Assembly: GCA_050084985.1 (NCBI GenBank)
Contig: JBITNC010000002.1
Span: 17,670,001 to 17,734,000 of the forward strand
Origin: Nageia nagi
Lineage: Eukaryota; Plantae; Pinophyta
Reading direction: 5' to 3'
Length of the DNA stretch: 64,000 bases
Both the position numbers and the translations under genes were made by a program. This document shows, in pieces, positions 12,106-25,167 of the stretch (the first letter of the stretch is position 1; every line of letters starts with the position of its first letter). Below the pieces are notes generated by a model. That model had not been told where the DNA came from and did no database searches. It saw nothing but the letters and a program-made list of their open reading frames with translations.

Positions 12106-13910
12106 GAAATCCTCCTCAAGGTATTGTGCTTGTATACTTGCTTGGTCCAAAGTAAGTGGATCAAACAGCATGATGGTTCTTCTAATATGAATATGAAGCC
12201 CTCCAATGTACTTCACCGATGCTTGATGATCTTTCAAAGAAACCCCAATCATAGTGGCTAGCTTCCTAAATTTTGTGGTATAGTCTTGGATAGATTGCCC
12301 TCTTTGTTGCCTAAGAAATTACCATTTAATAAGTTGCTTATTGTGATGTCCCAACCGATAGAATTGATCCTCAAGTAACTTCTTAAAGTCTACCCAACAA
12401 GAGATAGATGGTTGGCTATCATGCTTAAGGGATTCTACATGGCTTTCCCACCAAATAAGTGCATGACCCCCCATTTTTAATATTGCTAATGAAATCTTTT
12501 GCTCATCAATAGACACACCTTGGACTAGAAAATATAATTTGAGGTGCTTGAGCCAATTGATCAACTTCTCAACATCAACATCCCCCACAAAAGTTGGAAT
12601 GTCCAACTTGGCTTCCACCTTGAAAGGAATGGCTAAAGAAGAAGAGCTAGCATTCTCATTATTTCTAGACTGTCTATTAGTTTGTCTAGTCTCCTCATTT
12701 CTAGACTAATTCCGATTTCTCATCATCTCCATGAATCGAGTCATATGTTGTTCCATTGCAACTTTTCTCAAAATCTAACTTTGTCATTCTTAAGACCAAT
12801 TGTCCTCCTTCATCTCTTTCCATATTGGTTTTCCTTGTCTCTCTTCTACCAATATCAAGATTAAACGGAAAAAACTCCCTATTATGGGATCTTCTACCAT
12901 GCATCCACAAGCCTCTTTAAGAACAAGCTTCGCTCTGATACCACATGATTTGTAATCATTCGTAAGCTTTGCTATTATGGGATCGTCAAATACAGATTTA
13001 TTAAACATTATTATGTCAATGTTCTATCATGTATATGTCTTAACAAATTCAGTAAAATATCTATGATGAACAATAGTAATTTAATTTACAAGCAAACACA
13101 CATAAAAATGACAAGTAATTATATTGGTTCCTCCCGGTGTGAGAGTACATCTAGTTGAATGGAGTTTGGAATTATATGGCCCAAAATGAAGATTTACAAT
13201 GACAAGAAATGAAGCAAGTATATTGCCTTCAACAACCTTTAACCCCTTATGTAGTCTACAACACTCCTTGGAACTCTTCAACCTCCAAATCAGGTTTTCT
13301 ATAGGTCTACAACACTTCTCTAAGCCCTTCAAACTCAAGAATCATGAAAAACATCTACAACCTCAATAACTTGTCTTCTTGTTCTCTAACCCCTCCAATG
13401 AAGGCCAATGAAGGCCTCTCAAGGTTATATATGAAGATTTGACGCTCCCTGAACGGTTATACACCTTTCCAACTCCTCAAGATCCTTCAAAACGCCTCCA
13501 ACCGCTTCAACTTCTCCCCAAGACCCGTTTTGGTCTATCAACATTGGCGCTAAGATGTATGACATAAGCATAAAAATGAACTCATCCAATACTATTGAAT
13601 TGAACTCTGAAAACTAAATATCAAACTCCCCAAGAACCCCAACATTAGCACTATCAAACAATGTATTTTCTTCAGGGAAGACTCGGATCACAATCGGGTC
13701 ATGTCGTTTCCCTCGGGTTGATCGTTTAAGAGGCAATGTAGAATACGAAGACATCAAAACATCTCCAAAACACCCCTAAGATGCAAAATTATCAAAAACT
13801 ACTATCTCCCACAATCTTTAAACACCATTCCTCACTAGGTCTAGCATTGTGCTCCCTGCAATGTTGGCGCTCAACTTTTAGCAAGCAATGTACCAGAATT
13901 CATTGCATCA
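12106..13910 (-). mobile_element. 5' part of Ty3/gypsy element: LTR (~12946-13910), PBS-Met, gag
   Basis: PBS TGGTATCAGAGC (minus, 12932-12943) next to an LTR end. Gag ORFs EAKLDIPTF...ALIWWE and KYIGGLH...QAQYLEE. LTR start TGATGCAATG at 13910 is inferred. Confidence 0.82.
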
Positions 13911-14543
13911 CATCAATTATCGAAGCATGGGCATTCTTTGGCTGATATGCACTCATAGACAATCAATCTTCGAATCATATATCGGATTAAGGTTATTGGG
14001 ATTTACATATATTGGAGGTAATATTGGAAATACACATTATTATAATTATCTTGGTGAGACAAACCTAATTGTGTAGATCTCCCAATAGGCAATTATAGTT
14101 CCACCTCTATCAAAGGTATTGTTGGACATGCACGATATTCCAATCACCTTCATGAGATGAATCTAATGGTGTTGATCTCTTGATGGTGTTTCCTTTTTTT
14201 CGTTCTTAACTAAGTACTAGTTTGACAAATCTAAAAGTGGGGTTAAAGAAAAAAACATCGTGAAAATAAAAAGGAATATAAACAAATAGCAGAACTAACA
14301 TGTGAACTCCACGATTCCAGAAATCATAAGTGACCAATCATAGCAATATGCAAGACCAATTAACAATGGAATATCATTCGAAATTGTCAAATCCACAATA
14401 ATGAATAATAAAAGCTTGCAAGGAGTAATCAATAAGAGATCCAGAAAGTTATCGACACTTCAAAGGGTAACCTCCTAAATATATGTGCGAATACCAAACT
14501 GAATAAAATGATAATATGATGTCTAACAAATACTCCCATTTAT

Positions 14544-14757
14544 ATGTAAATATGATCACTGCACTAATCTCTATCACCTGCAGCCAACCTATAGCCAACT
14601 CCTTCAATGATATAAAAGCTAATTATGTGGAGGTTATAACAAAGTCATGTAAATATGCTTACTGCACTAATCTCTATCACCTGCAGCCAACCTATAGCCA
14701 ACTCCTTCAATGATATAAAGGCTAATTATGCAATTATGCAGGGGTTATAACAAAGTC
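14544..14757. repeat. ~103-bp direct duplication in intron
   Basis: ATGTAAATATG...CTGCACTAATCTCTATCACCTGCAGCCAACCTATAGCC starts at 14544 and 14647. Confidence 0.85.
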
Positions 14758-16034
14758 CTGGCCAGTCTAATTTGGTCTCCCTAGGTGAGTCATAGGAGTC
14801 TGTGAAGAAAATTGACAAAGCATATCCGAACTATAGTAGCAAATTTTATAAAATGCATTGTTGAATTTTGCAATTTACAAGGTTATTAACATTGTCCTGA
14901 GTGGGGTGAAGGAGTCACGAGGTGCATGTGAAGCAGATTTCATCTGGGTTCCCTTGTATATATAAATATGCACATAACTTCACTGGGTTTGAAATAAAGT
15001 AGGCTAATGGGTTAATACTTAATACATTCACAGCAATAAATTGCCAATTACCTTATTTATATGGCAAATTCACCTAATGAACAACATCTCAGTAGATGAC
15101 GCCCTAGTTATGCCTTTATATATCTAGAGCCAACAAATCTAGACAACAAAGTTAGAGACCAAACGGTTCTGTAAAAACTAAGAACATAACATGACACTGT
15201 GATAGAAGAAGTAAGAGAGGCTAATAGATATTACACAGGAAAAACGGTATAGGCAAAGATTATTTGTTGGTCATAGCTTAGCCAACATGCCTGCTGATGT
15301 ATAAGGCCCTCTTATACAATCAAGGCAACTTTGTATAAATCTGTACCTCCATCAATTTCAACCCTTCAAGTAAGGTTCAAATTTTGTTCAAAGTTTTATT
15401 CAAGCATTATTCCTTAGAATTTTAAAATGGCCTTCTCTTGTAACAGAATTGCTCAGAAGGGCGGCAACTTTTCTCTTCATATGTATTAGTGCAAATTTGA
15501 ACTCTTTCAGTTTCAACCATTTAAAGTAAGATTCAAATGTGATTCACATCCAATCTATTCAAGCACTCTGGCTATTCCTTAGAATGTTGAAATGGAAGTC
15601 TTGTGACAAAATCACTTGTTAAATGAAAGATCCTTTATCTGTCTTCTCACCAGACAACCTTGAACTCCATTATGAATTCTCATTATTCTCTGCTATAGAA
15701 AAACATTTCAAAAGCGAACCGGGCATCCTTCAGATTAGTCTACAAATATACAGTAAAGTAAAGCAAGGGTATTGGATTGCATGTTGATGCTTAGACTTAA
15801 AACAATTAAAGTGGAAAAGATGCATGCTGTAAAACCAGTCCCAAAAGATTTGCACAATTGTATCCACTAAACCAAGCATTATGACCATATTATTCACTTT
15901 GCTACAATTCATAAGAAGTTAAAATACATGGAACTGTATGACTCAGGAAACACATGTACTTCAGTTCTATGAACACATGTATCAACTACAGTCACATCAG
16001 AAGGAACTCATACATAAAAAACAACTGTACTCAC

Positions 16035-16147
16035 CACTCCAATCACTGATGGCAACCAGCCTTTGTAAACAGCTCTTGTGCCTTCCTCCGCATAACAGTT
16101 AATAATGCATGGAACATACCACGATACTGGTTAGGACAGTTTGTTGT
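16035..16147 (-). CDS. ADNT1: ADNT1-like mitochondrial carrier exon 6 (TTNCPNQYRGMFHALLTVMR/EEGTRAVYKGWLPSVIGV), with 1-nt deletion
   Basis: TGCAG acceptor and GTGAGT donor. Matches plant ADNT1 TANSPYQYRGIAHALATVLREEGPRALYRGWLPSVIGV as recalled. 113 nt where 114 are needed. Confidence 0.9.
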
Positions 16148-16304
16148 CTGCAACCCAGATGACCATAAAGGCAAAACAAAATTTTCTTTAAATATGATAT
16201 GGAAATACAAGCAGTACTAAAGAAACAATCTGATAAAGCAGCAAGCATTTCACTTCCAAACAACTTACAACCCAAAGGAACATCTGTTTTTCTGTTCAAA
16301 ATAC

Positions 16305-16417
16305 CTGAACAGTCAGTCTTCCACGAACCATATCCATTGGATAAGTTGCAGACATTGCAATTATTCCAGCACAAGCCCCTGCTGCAAGGCGTGAAAGAGG
16401 TGTATGCTCCACATTTT
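16305..16417 (-). CDS. ADNT1: ADNT1-like exon 5 (NVEHTPLSRLAAGACAGIIAMSATYPMDMVRGRLTVQ)
   Basis: AG/GT boundaries, carrier signature PMDMVRGR, phase compatible with exon 4. Confidence 0.95.
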
Positions 16418-16737
16418 CTGCACAGAGCATTTGAATTAGCTCTGTACTATTACGAAAAATTAAAACTCAAATTATACTACAGAGTTGAGAATACATGCAA
16501 TAGTTTTCTAAAACGTTCATAGATTTCTCTAATTATTTGTCCTAAATGGCACAAAACGTTTTCCTAACTCAATTAGCACAGTATATTTCATAAAAGTGTA
16601 AATATGACTGACACTTGTCCCTGGAGATTGACCACTAGGTAGAATTTCTTATTTTGCATGTATTATATTTAAGATTGACCTCTACATTATTTTCAGTTTT
16701 TACTATGTTATCAATGGATATTACACTTAATCGGATG

Positions 16738-17477
16738 TGTAATGGAATCCCTACTGCTTTAATAGCATCTTAAGGCTAAGATTTATTGTAAACTATTTTA
16801 TTTTATAGATGCGTTGCTTATCTAAACGCTGAAGTCTTTGAGCCCACTACAGGTTAGACTTCTTCCTCTATCACGCTTTCATCTTGTTGGAACTCGTTAT
16901 ATCTTACTTGGGTATGATTGTTCTTATTAATACTTTGTGTAATAAGAATAAATGTAAATGTAGATACCCAAGTATGTGGAGAAATATTAGCTCGCTTATG
17001 TAAAAGTATCATCCATTGTGTAAAAGAAATGGTTGGGCAATAACCATCACGCAATGTGTGGGCTGCTAGATCTCTTGCACTCTTCTATAGTTGTGCTTTC
17101 ACAAATAGTGAACATAGAAGTAGCATTGCAGATCTCTTGCACTCTTCTATAGTTGTGCTTTCACAAATAGTGAACATAGAAGTAGCATTGCGAGTACTCT
17201 ATGGGTAAAGAATTCCGAAGTAAACTTTGGCAATTTGAGCTGTTGTTATTGTATTCACTATTTAGAGTAATAAATCATCAGTTTGAAGTGGATGTTTGTT
17301 CTCTACTGTTGCAGATAAGTTTTGCCATTATAAATATTTGTCTACTTTGTGTAATTGATGTTATAGTGTTTCATGTCGTAGGATAGTTTATTTTGCAAAA
17401 TGTGTTGAGTTTTGAATGCATACTGCAATAGTAGCTTTGCTTTCTTGATTAAAGAATCCTTCAAGTGGTATCAGAGC
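16738..17477 (+). mobile_element. Truncated LTR element: LTR ending CCTTCA (17463) plus PBS-Met TGGTATCAGAGC (17466-17477)
   Basis: CA-AG-PBS junction is clear. LTR start is approximate. Contains a 62-bp duplication at 17068-17191. Confidence 0.65.
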
Positions 17478-20400
17478 CTTCCAAGGTAACAAAGGTTCTG
17501 CTGAAAAAGTACATCTAAACCCTCTTATCATTTACAATCTGCAACTTTTATTCTATGGAATATAATATATCTGTAGCTTACAGTAACAATAGTTCATTCA
17601 CGGAGTATTCTGTGATATTATTCACTTATTACTCATTCATGGTAACATTTAAAAGAATAAGAAAATGAACTGCATTAGTTGTTTGCTCACGTTTTACTAT
17701 AATATTCAGTTCATTCTATTCATTAAGCTTTCCTGAGTTTTTCATCAAAAGCGTCACATGTATTTTAAGGCAGCACTGCGCTATTTTCTGTCAACCTCAC
17801 GTAGAGTTTTGCTTTGTTTAGAAAATAGTCAGTTTCTATTTCAAAAGCATTGCAGTATATCTGACTCAATATGTATGACTCTGAATTATCTGACTCAATA
17901 TGTATGACTCTGAATTATCAAAGGTGACAGCCATTAAAATTAACATCTAAAAAATTTTATCTTATGTGCTATCATTTTTTATTTTATGTATGATTTATAT
18001 TATTATGCTGAAAAAAATATTAGAATGCAATTTTATTATGCCTCAAAAATAATGTTCTTTTGCACAACATTATTAATACTGTTATTATGCCTCAAAAAAT
18101 AGTGTAAATATCTTCTTCGAAATTTTGAAAAAAAATTACCAAGAAAAACAATAACAATACCATTTTTTTTATTTTTCTAATTGTAAAAACTAGCTGACTA
18201 TTATAAAGTTTAAAAAATAAAATTTACATACTGAATACAAAATAAATGTTCCAACACCAATTATACATTAAATGATCTATATATAACAATATAATTTATG
18301 CTGAATTATACTACAAGTACTTGATTCATAACAGAAAAGATGAAATTGTTGATTTACCTTTGCATGCATGTTTCTAGGGTTTCTGCTTTGTTAGTTTGCC
18401 CATCATACCGCACATTTCCTTTTGGTACTATGCAAGACATTTATAGATTTGCCATGTGTCTGCATTAGCATCCCCTTGGGTGGTGTTGTCTTAACCATTT
18501 AATGGCAGCCTCTCACACGGCAGCCTCAACAAATGCTAAAGCTACCGAAGCAAAGACCGGCACCAAGGAAACATCCCTACAAATTTGCCCCAAAGATTTT
18601 TCACAAGGTAAAAGCTTTGTTCCTATTGTTCCCATTACGCTGTTTGAATTTACTAATGCTTGTCAATGATATAAAAGTCACCACCTTGTTGGGTATTTTC
18701 TAGGTTGTATCTCAAACGATACAATGGTTCGTACTTGGGTCTATGAAGTTTGGCATCCCCATGGGATAAAAGTTTAAAATATCCAAAACCTTACAAAAAG
18801 TTTTTCTTCTTTTCCACCTTTTGTACATTGTCCAAGCTCAAAAGGCCTCAATCATGGCCCATGGTCTATGCGCAACTCATTGCTTATTTTGCAGCCTTAC
18901 TCCTATGACTTTACAGTCAATGATGAAGCATCATTGGAAGTGCATATTTGGGTTGAGTTCCTTGGTTTTCCAACTCCCTTTTGGCCCTTTTTACAATCTC
19001 TGGTAGCCCCCATTGGATAATTTGTCCATTTGGAGCCAAAGTGTATTTTCTTTGTCCAGTGTGTGTCTATAAAAGTCGAACTCTCTAAGGACATGCATGA
19101 TTGCATTGACTTGAATATTGGGGACCACACCATTCAAAAGGGAGTGGTATATATTAATTTTTCCAACACATGCTACCATTGCTAGTAAGCTGCTCATAAG
19201 ATAAAAGTGCCCCCTCATGGAAGGCAAGTTCAAAGCTCATGCTACTTACCCTCCTTCCTCCTCCATCCCAACGGTTCCTTCTAATGGAGATAGAGGTGGT
19301 TTGGAAGGATGGACTATTGTGGTGAACTAACGTAATCATCAACCCAAGCAATAGGAAATTGTGATGGAGTCTAATCTCATTCCACCGCCGACCCCAACTG
19401 ATACCCCACCAACATCATCAGACATGTAAATAATCCCTGCTACCCTGGCTCTACTAGTACCACCTATATCCCATCCCACCTTAGTAACTCATAAAGCTTG
19501 GTCTAGCACATCATTTTGCCTCAATAGTGGTGAAGATTACCTCCCCTGATAATCCAAGACTCCTCTCCTTGGAAGTTTGTTTTTGCAACCTTCAGGCAAG
19601 CCTTTCCTGAAGCAATGCAAGTCTTCAAGGTTCGTCGGTCTCATAGCCCTTCACAGGACGGCTCAGATTTTCACCTTGATAAATGCCACCAAATGGAAGA
19701 AGTTCATCGTCAATAGCCCTACTTCCAAGATAACTCTAAACAATTCACTTCGAACTCATTCAAAACTCTTGGAGGTCTAGGTGATGTAGAAGATATTGGG
19801 GAAATTATGCACCTCGACAAGTCCTCATGATTTTTTGCTCCTGGAATGTAAAGAGGACTAACAACCACAATTCAAAAAATACATGGTTTGTTGCGAGATG
19901 ACACTTGGTTCACCTGGTCCAATTTTCAACCTATGTATGCCATGATTTTGAAAATGTTAGACAGAGCCATGCTCATTCAGTCTTCTAATTTTCATTTCAA
20001 TCACCTTTCTTTTGCATCCCCCTTCGTGCTTACCTTGTCAAACACCACGATTATGCACCCATCATACTTGATGTGGCTTTGAAGTCTCCTCAACCTCACC
20101 ACTATCAATCCCAATTCTATTTGAATGTCTCTTTTCTTTAGCATTCTACCATGAGAACTCATATCATTTGAATCTAAAACATGGTTCCCCGACCACTCAG
20201 ATCTGATGGATGGATTTCTCGATGGAACCATGCCATTTCCCACATGACCAACTTATTGAGAACCCTTGATGAGGAAGTAGCCAAATAGAGAAGAAATGCC
20301 AAACTGGCTCTCGAAGCAAAGTTGGTTGCAACTTTAGTCTACCTTGAAGCTTTCCCCTTTAGCTCCACTCTTCAAGCCCATGTAGAAACCTTGAGACATG

Positions 20401-20940
20401 AGCTTACGAAAGCTAACATGAGGATCAAGGTGCTCAACTTCATGCCAAATTGTATGGCTTAAAATTGGGTAAAAAGTCTCAAAAGAGTTCTTTAAGAAAT
20501 TGAGGCCTCTTCCTCATACTACTCAATTCCAAGCTCTTCAAATCGGTGTAGAGCATCTTACTTCCCTTCCTAACATCACAACTACTTTTGTACACAATTA
20601 TCAAAATGTGTTTGCTTCTCAAGCTCTCACAAAGGCCAAATAACTAGCCCTTGTAAACTGTCGAGAAGTTGTTCTAGAGCAGTGTGAGGCACCACTTACT
20701 CTTGAGGAACTCTCACGAGCTCTTTCTATGATGGCTAATCGTAAAGCACCTAGTCTGGATGGTTTTTTCAACGAGTTCTACAAAGAATTTTGGAATATGG
20801 TTGACCCAAATTTGTTTAAAGTTTACCAGGAGGCTATAACAGGCTCCTTAGATAATATTTTCAATAAAGGCAACATCAAATTCATCCCCAAATCTAAGGA
20901 CCATAAACTTATCACCAATTGGAGGCCAATTACTTTGCTT

Positions 20941-22581
20941 CAAGGTTACATGGAGTATCAAGGATGGGAAACGCGGAAACGTATATCCAGAAACGGCAGG
21001 GGATGGAAACCCAATTTTAAGAAACAAAGAGGGGATGGCAAAGAACTAACAATATATATAATAAAAACCATAAATTTAAAAACCTACGTTTATACGCAAA
21101 TAATCACAATTGAGGGGGAAAACGAAAAAATCGCCAAAAATTCGAAAATAAATCACATATTCGAGAATATTCAGATTTTTGTCAGATAATCGCCGGTTTT
21201 TTGTCGGATATTCAGATGTTTGATGTTTTTGAGGGATCTTTTTTTGTTTTTTGCAAATTCAAAGAAACATTGCCAAATGTATTTCGAAATTTATGTACTC
21301 ACTATGTTAGTATGCAGCATATGCACTATGCAGTATTTTAATACAAAAAACATGTTGTCCTCATCTATAATGCAATATCATGTGTTTTGATAATAGAAAA
21401 TAGCACCTACTTTTCAGTTTTCAAGACTGTTGTAATAGCAAATTACTGTGTTTTTGTAATGTGTTTTGGTAATGTTTAAATCCTATCTTGCAAATGATTG
21501 TTGTAATAGCGAATGACTGTTGTAATATTTAAAGCAAAAAAATTAAATGACTGCTGATATATTTTATCTGCATTTTTTTTGCCGAATTTTTGTCGAATTT
21601 TTGCTGAACTTTTGCCAAATCGCCGATTAATCTCCTCAGCAGGGAAAACGATTAGTGGCGAGGAGCGAACTTTAGAACACTGATTAAAACTACAAAAAAT
21701 TTAACTTACTAAGCCTGAAAGTGAATATTGAATACAATTTATAAAAACTTTAAAATTTAAATTGAAATTCTCATATTACAATTGAACAAAATATAAGTTA
21801 TTAAATTTTGACAAAGTCTCGATCAACTGCTAGCTGATTGCTTGTATATTATGAATTGGTGAGAGTTGTTATAATGTAAATATTTAATATGTTGAACTTC
21901 ATTTCTACTAATCAATAGTAAGCATGCATTTGAGCCTTGATGTCTACTATTATTCATATGGTTGTGATATGACATTGACTGTTTTTCATTCATATTATGT
22001 GACAACATTGTGATCTTAGTATTGAGTAATAAAAGTTGTGCCTCGTTCAAAATACAAGGTGTTAGTTTTACTTCTAACTTAAGTCATTAATTGAAGATCA
22101 TTTTGTTAAGTGTGAGAATTTGTCAAACTACTATGAATCTCAATCGATTGCAAGTAAGGCATATTCTTACATACATTTAAGAAAGCAAAACCTAGAGAAT
22201 ATTACATGGATGTCAAAAGATCATTGAACCTTTTTTAAGCCTTTCTAAGGTCTTTTTTTGTTTTCATTAAGTCCAAACCATAGGGGACAACTGGTCATCC
22301 CCTAGTCGTCCCTCTCATCCAAGGGATGGGTGGTCGTCCCCTTCATCCAAGGGATGGCTAGTCATCCCCCTCATCCAGGGGATGGCTAGTCGTCCCCCTT
22401 TCACCAAGATGTTTCGGAAACATTCTCACTTTCTCCTCAGCCATCCTAAGTACAGTTAAGAGACATATCCTTGTTTGGGGACATCATTGGAAATGTTTCC
22501 TATGGAGTTTCCTTGTACTCGAAAGTTGTATAAGAGGATATAACCATTTTAGGGGGGAAAACATGTATCCTATGTAACTTG
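20941..22581. mobile_element. Non-autonomous hAT-like DNA transposon inserted in the LINE RT
   Basis: Imperfect TIRs CAAGGTTACA / TGTAACTTG, 8-bp TSD CTTTGCTT / CTTCACTT, splits the RPITLL-NVSYK motif, CATCC..GGATG subterminal repeats at 22290-22400. Confidence 0.78.
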
Positions 22582-24393
22582 CTTCACTTAATGTAAGTTA
22601 CAAAATCATTGCTAAGGCCCTAGCCTTAAAGCTTCAGCCTATTCTCTCTCAAATCATTCAATCAAGGTAGATTTATTTTGAATAATGTAATTGCAATCCG
22701 GGAGGGAATGGAATGGGCCAAAACTTCTCAGCAAGAAATGCTTTTCATCAAAAGTGACTTTGAAAAAACATGTTATATAGTTGAATGTTATTTCATTCTC
22801 ACCATCCTTCAAGCTCTTGAGTTTGGCCCCAACCTCATTCAATTTGTTAATATGCTCTTTCAAGATGCTTTTGTTGTTCTTACCTTGAATAATTGTCAAT
22901 CTAAAGTTGTGGGCCTAATTTCACATCAATGAGGCAAGAATGTCCTCTAGCCCTTTCTCTTTTCTTTCTTGGTGCAAAGGCTTTTGGCTACCTATTGTCT
23001 TGAAGAGTTGTTCAAGAGTCCATCTAGGGTATTGTTCTTCCACACTCTTCTTCTCAATTGATCAATGGCCATTTCGTTGATGACTCTTTTTTGACAATTC
23101 TTGAGGATGAGCAATATGTTGTTCTGCTCTAAAATGTTTGGAAACTTTGTGCTCCACTTCTGGCCCCAACATTTAATGGAGAAAGACCTTTTGTTTTTGT
23201 CAATCTATGGGACCCCTTCTGAATTGGTTAGCCCAACATCAATGGCATTAGATCCAACCAATTGAGACATTTAAATTTCTTGGCATTCCATTTGCCTTCC
23301 ATGGATCTTTTGCTCAAATGTGGAATTATGTGGTGCAAAAGGTTGAACAAATGCAATTATATTGGATCACCAAAAAGCTCTCCCTTGCGGGAAAGTTTCA
23401 GGTATGTTCCAAGATTTTGACTCCCACACATGTTTATTACTTCTCTTGTTGGGCTCCATCTAATACATGTTACAAGAAGCTTGAAAAAATGTTATGTGAC
23501 TCATTGTGGGCTAGTTCTTCACGGAAAAAGGTATTTCATAGAATGGCTTGGGAATTTTGTTGCCTTCCCAAACATTTTGGTGGGATGGGTCTTTTTGATT
23601 GTCATTCACAAGGCTTAGCTCTTTGTGCCAAATGGATTATCAGAGCATTAGTTGGGCCCTAGGCTTGTAAGCTTCTCATCCGCCACTACATTTCCTTTGG
23701 CCTTCCACTTGTTTGAAAAGTTTGACGTGGGCTCACTCTACTTACCATTCTTACAACCCCTATTCAAGTCACAATTCAAGGTTCCTTTGTTATTCAAAGT
23801 ATATGGTAAGCTTGGGAAGCCATTAAACCTTGTCTTTGCTAGAAATGTCATGGTCTCAAGAAGGGAGCCTTTATTTTTTCCATGAATGTGTGGTGGTCAT
23901 TAGTAGTGACCCACCAAGGAAATTCTTTGGCTCATATCCAATGGGTTTGTGCCCAAAGATTTTACAAAAAAGAAATTGCATCCATTTCAGATTTCTTTTC
24001 CTTAGAAACCAAGGATTGGATTCCCTAGGATTCCTTTAGACAACTTCATAATGTATCACCGAAAGATAAGCTCACCTATGATGTTATTCGTATTCCCTTT
24101 TCTTTATGGCCCAAGGTAGCTAAGCGTTTCCAACGACCATGGTGGTCATATTATAGTTGGCCAAGGATCATTCTCTTACCCCAATGCAAAGCCCAATTGG
24201 GTTATTCCTGCCTTTCTCCTCATATGCTCGTGAAACCCATTCTCAATGAACGTTGGGACTTGATTGCTCCACCTTTAAGGTGAAGCCTTTGCTTTCAGAT
24301 GACATGGGCTTCCTACGCTAAGCCAAAAATAGGTTATTTTGCTTGAAGCCTTCTTTTATAGGGACTTTCATTAGGGCAATGTTTGAAATAAAT

Positions 24394-25167
24394 TGTGTAA
24401 ATAATAATATAAACATAAAATAAGTCTACAAAAGATGACACTTATTCAAATACGATGATAAATATATGAAAAGTGTGCATCTATCTATGATAAGGCAATC
24501 CTCAAGGTATGGCAGAAGTATACAAAGGACTAGATCGGATCAGAAGCGAGCATGTGGATCTATCTATGATAAGGCAATCCTCAAGGTATGGCAGAAGTAT
24601 ACCGAGGACTAGATCGGATCAGAAGCAAGTATGCGGATGATATTCAATGGATTTGATGCATGTTCGTTGCCTCTTTTGTCTGTAGCTCTGGGTCATGAAG
24701 TATCACGGCATGGGCAACATGCGAACCTTACGGCGTTGACACCTTAAAACCTGTAGAATTAGATCGTACACAATGTATAGAATGTAATAAAAGCTCAAAG
24801 TATAATAGATCCTCAAATAGGTGGCGTCTAGAGACACCATAAGTATGATGTATGGGACAACCACATATTCAAAGAGTTTCGATCGAGATGTCAACCTCCA
24901 ACTCCTCCATTTATATCCTACAAAGACATAGAAAGGAGTGAAAGTTGACTTATAGCAATAACACAATATTTGTGATATTCAAAATACTTTAAAATATGAT
25001 GCAAAGTAAATGATATTGCATTTAATATAACACATGGCATTGCATTGTAATATCAACTTTATCTTGACGTATGTAATATTGCTTTTAGTATTTAGAGAAG
25101 TCTAAAATATGATTTATTAAATAAATAATAAATCAATTTTAGACATCTAAAATTTGGGTGTTGAACA
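24394..25167. mobile_element. Probable solo LTR nested in the LINE, containing a 79-bp duplication (24479-24638)
   Basis: TG...TTGAACA ends interrupt LINE-like sequence. Boundaries approximate. Confidence 0.5.

Noticed and set aside
15730-15912. ADNT1 exon 7 candidate (FWDWF resembling LKDWL)
   Set aside because: No PYVGLNF or YPLD motifs and no matching frame context.
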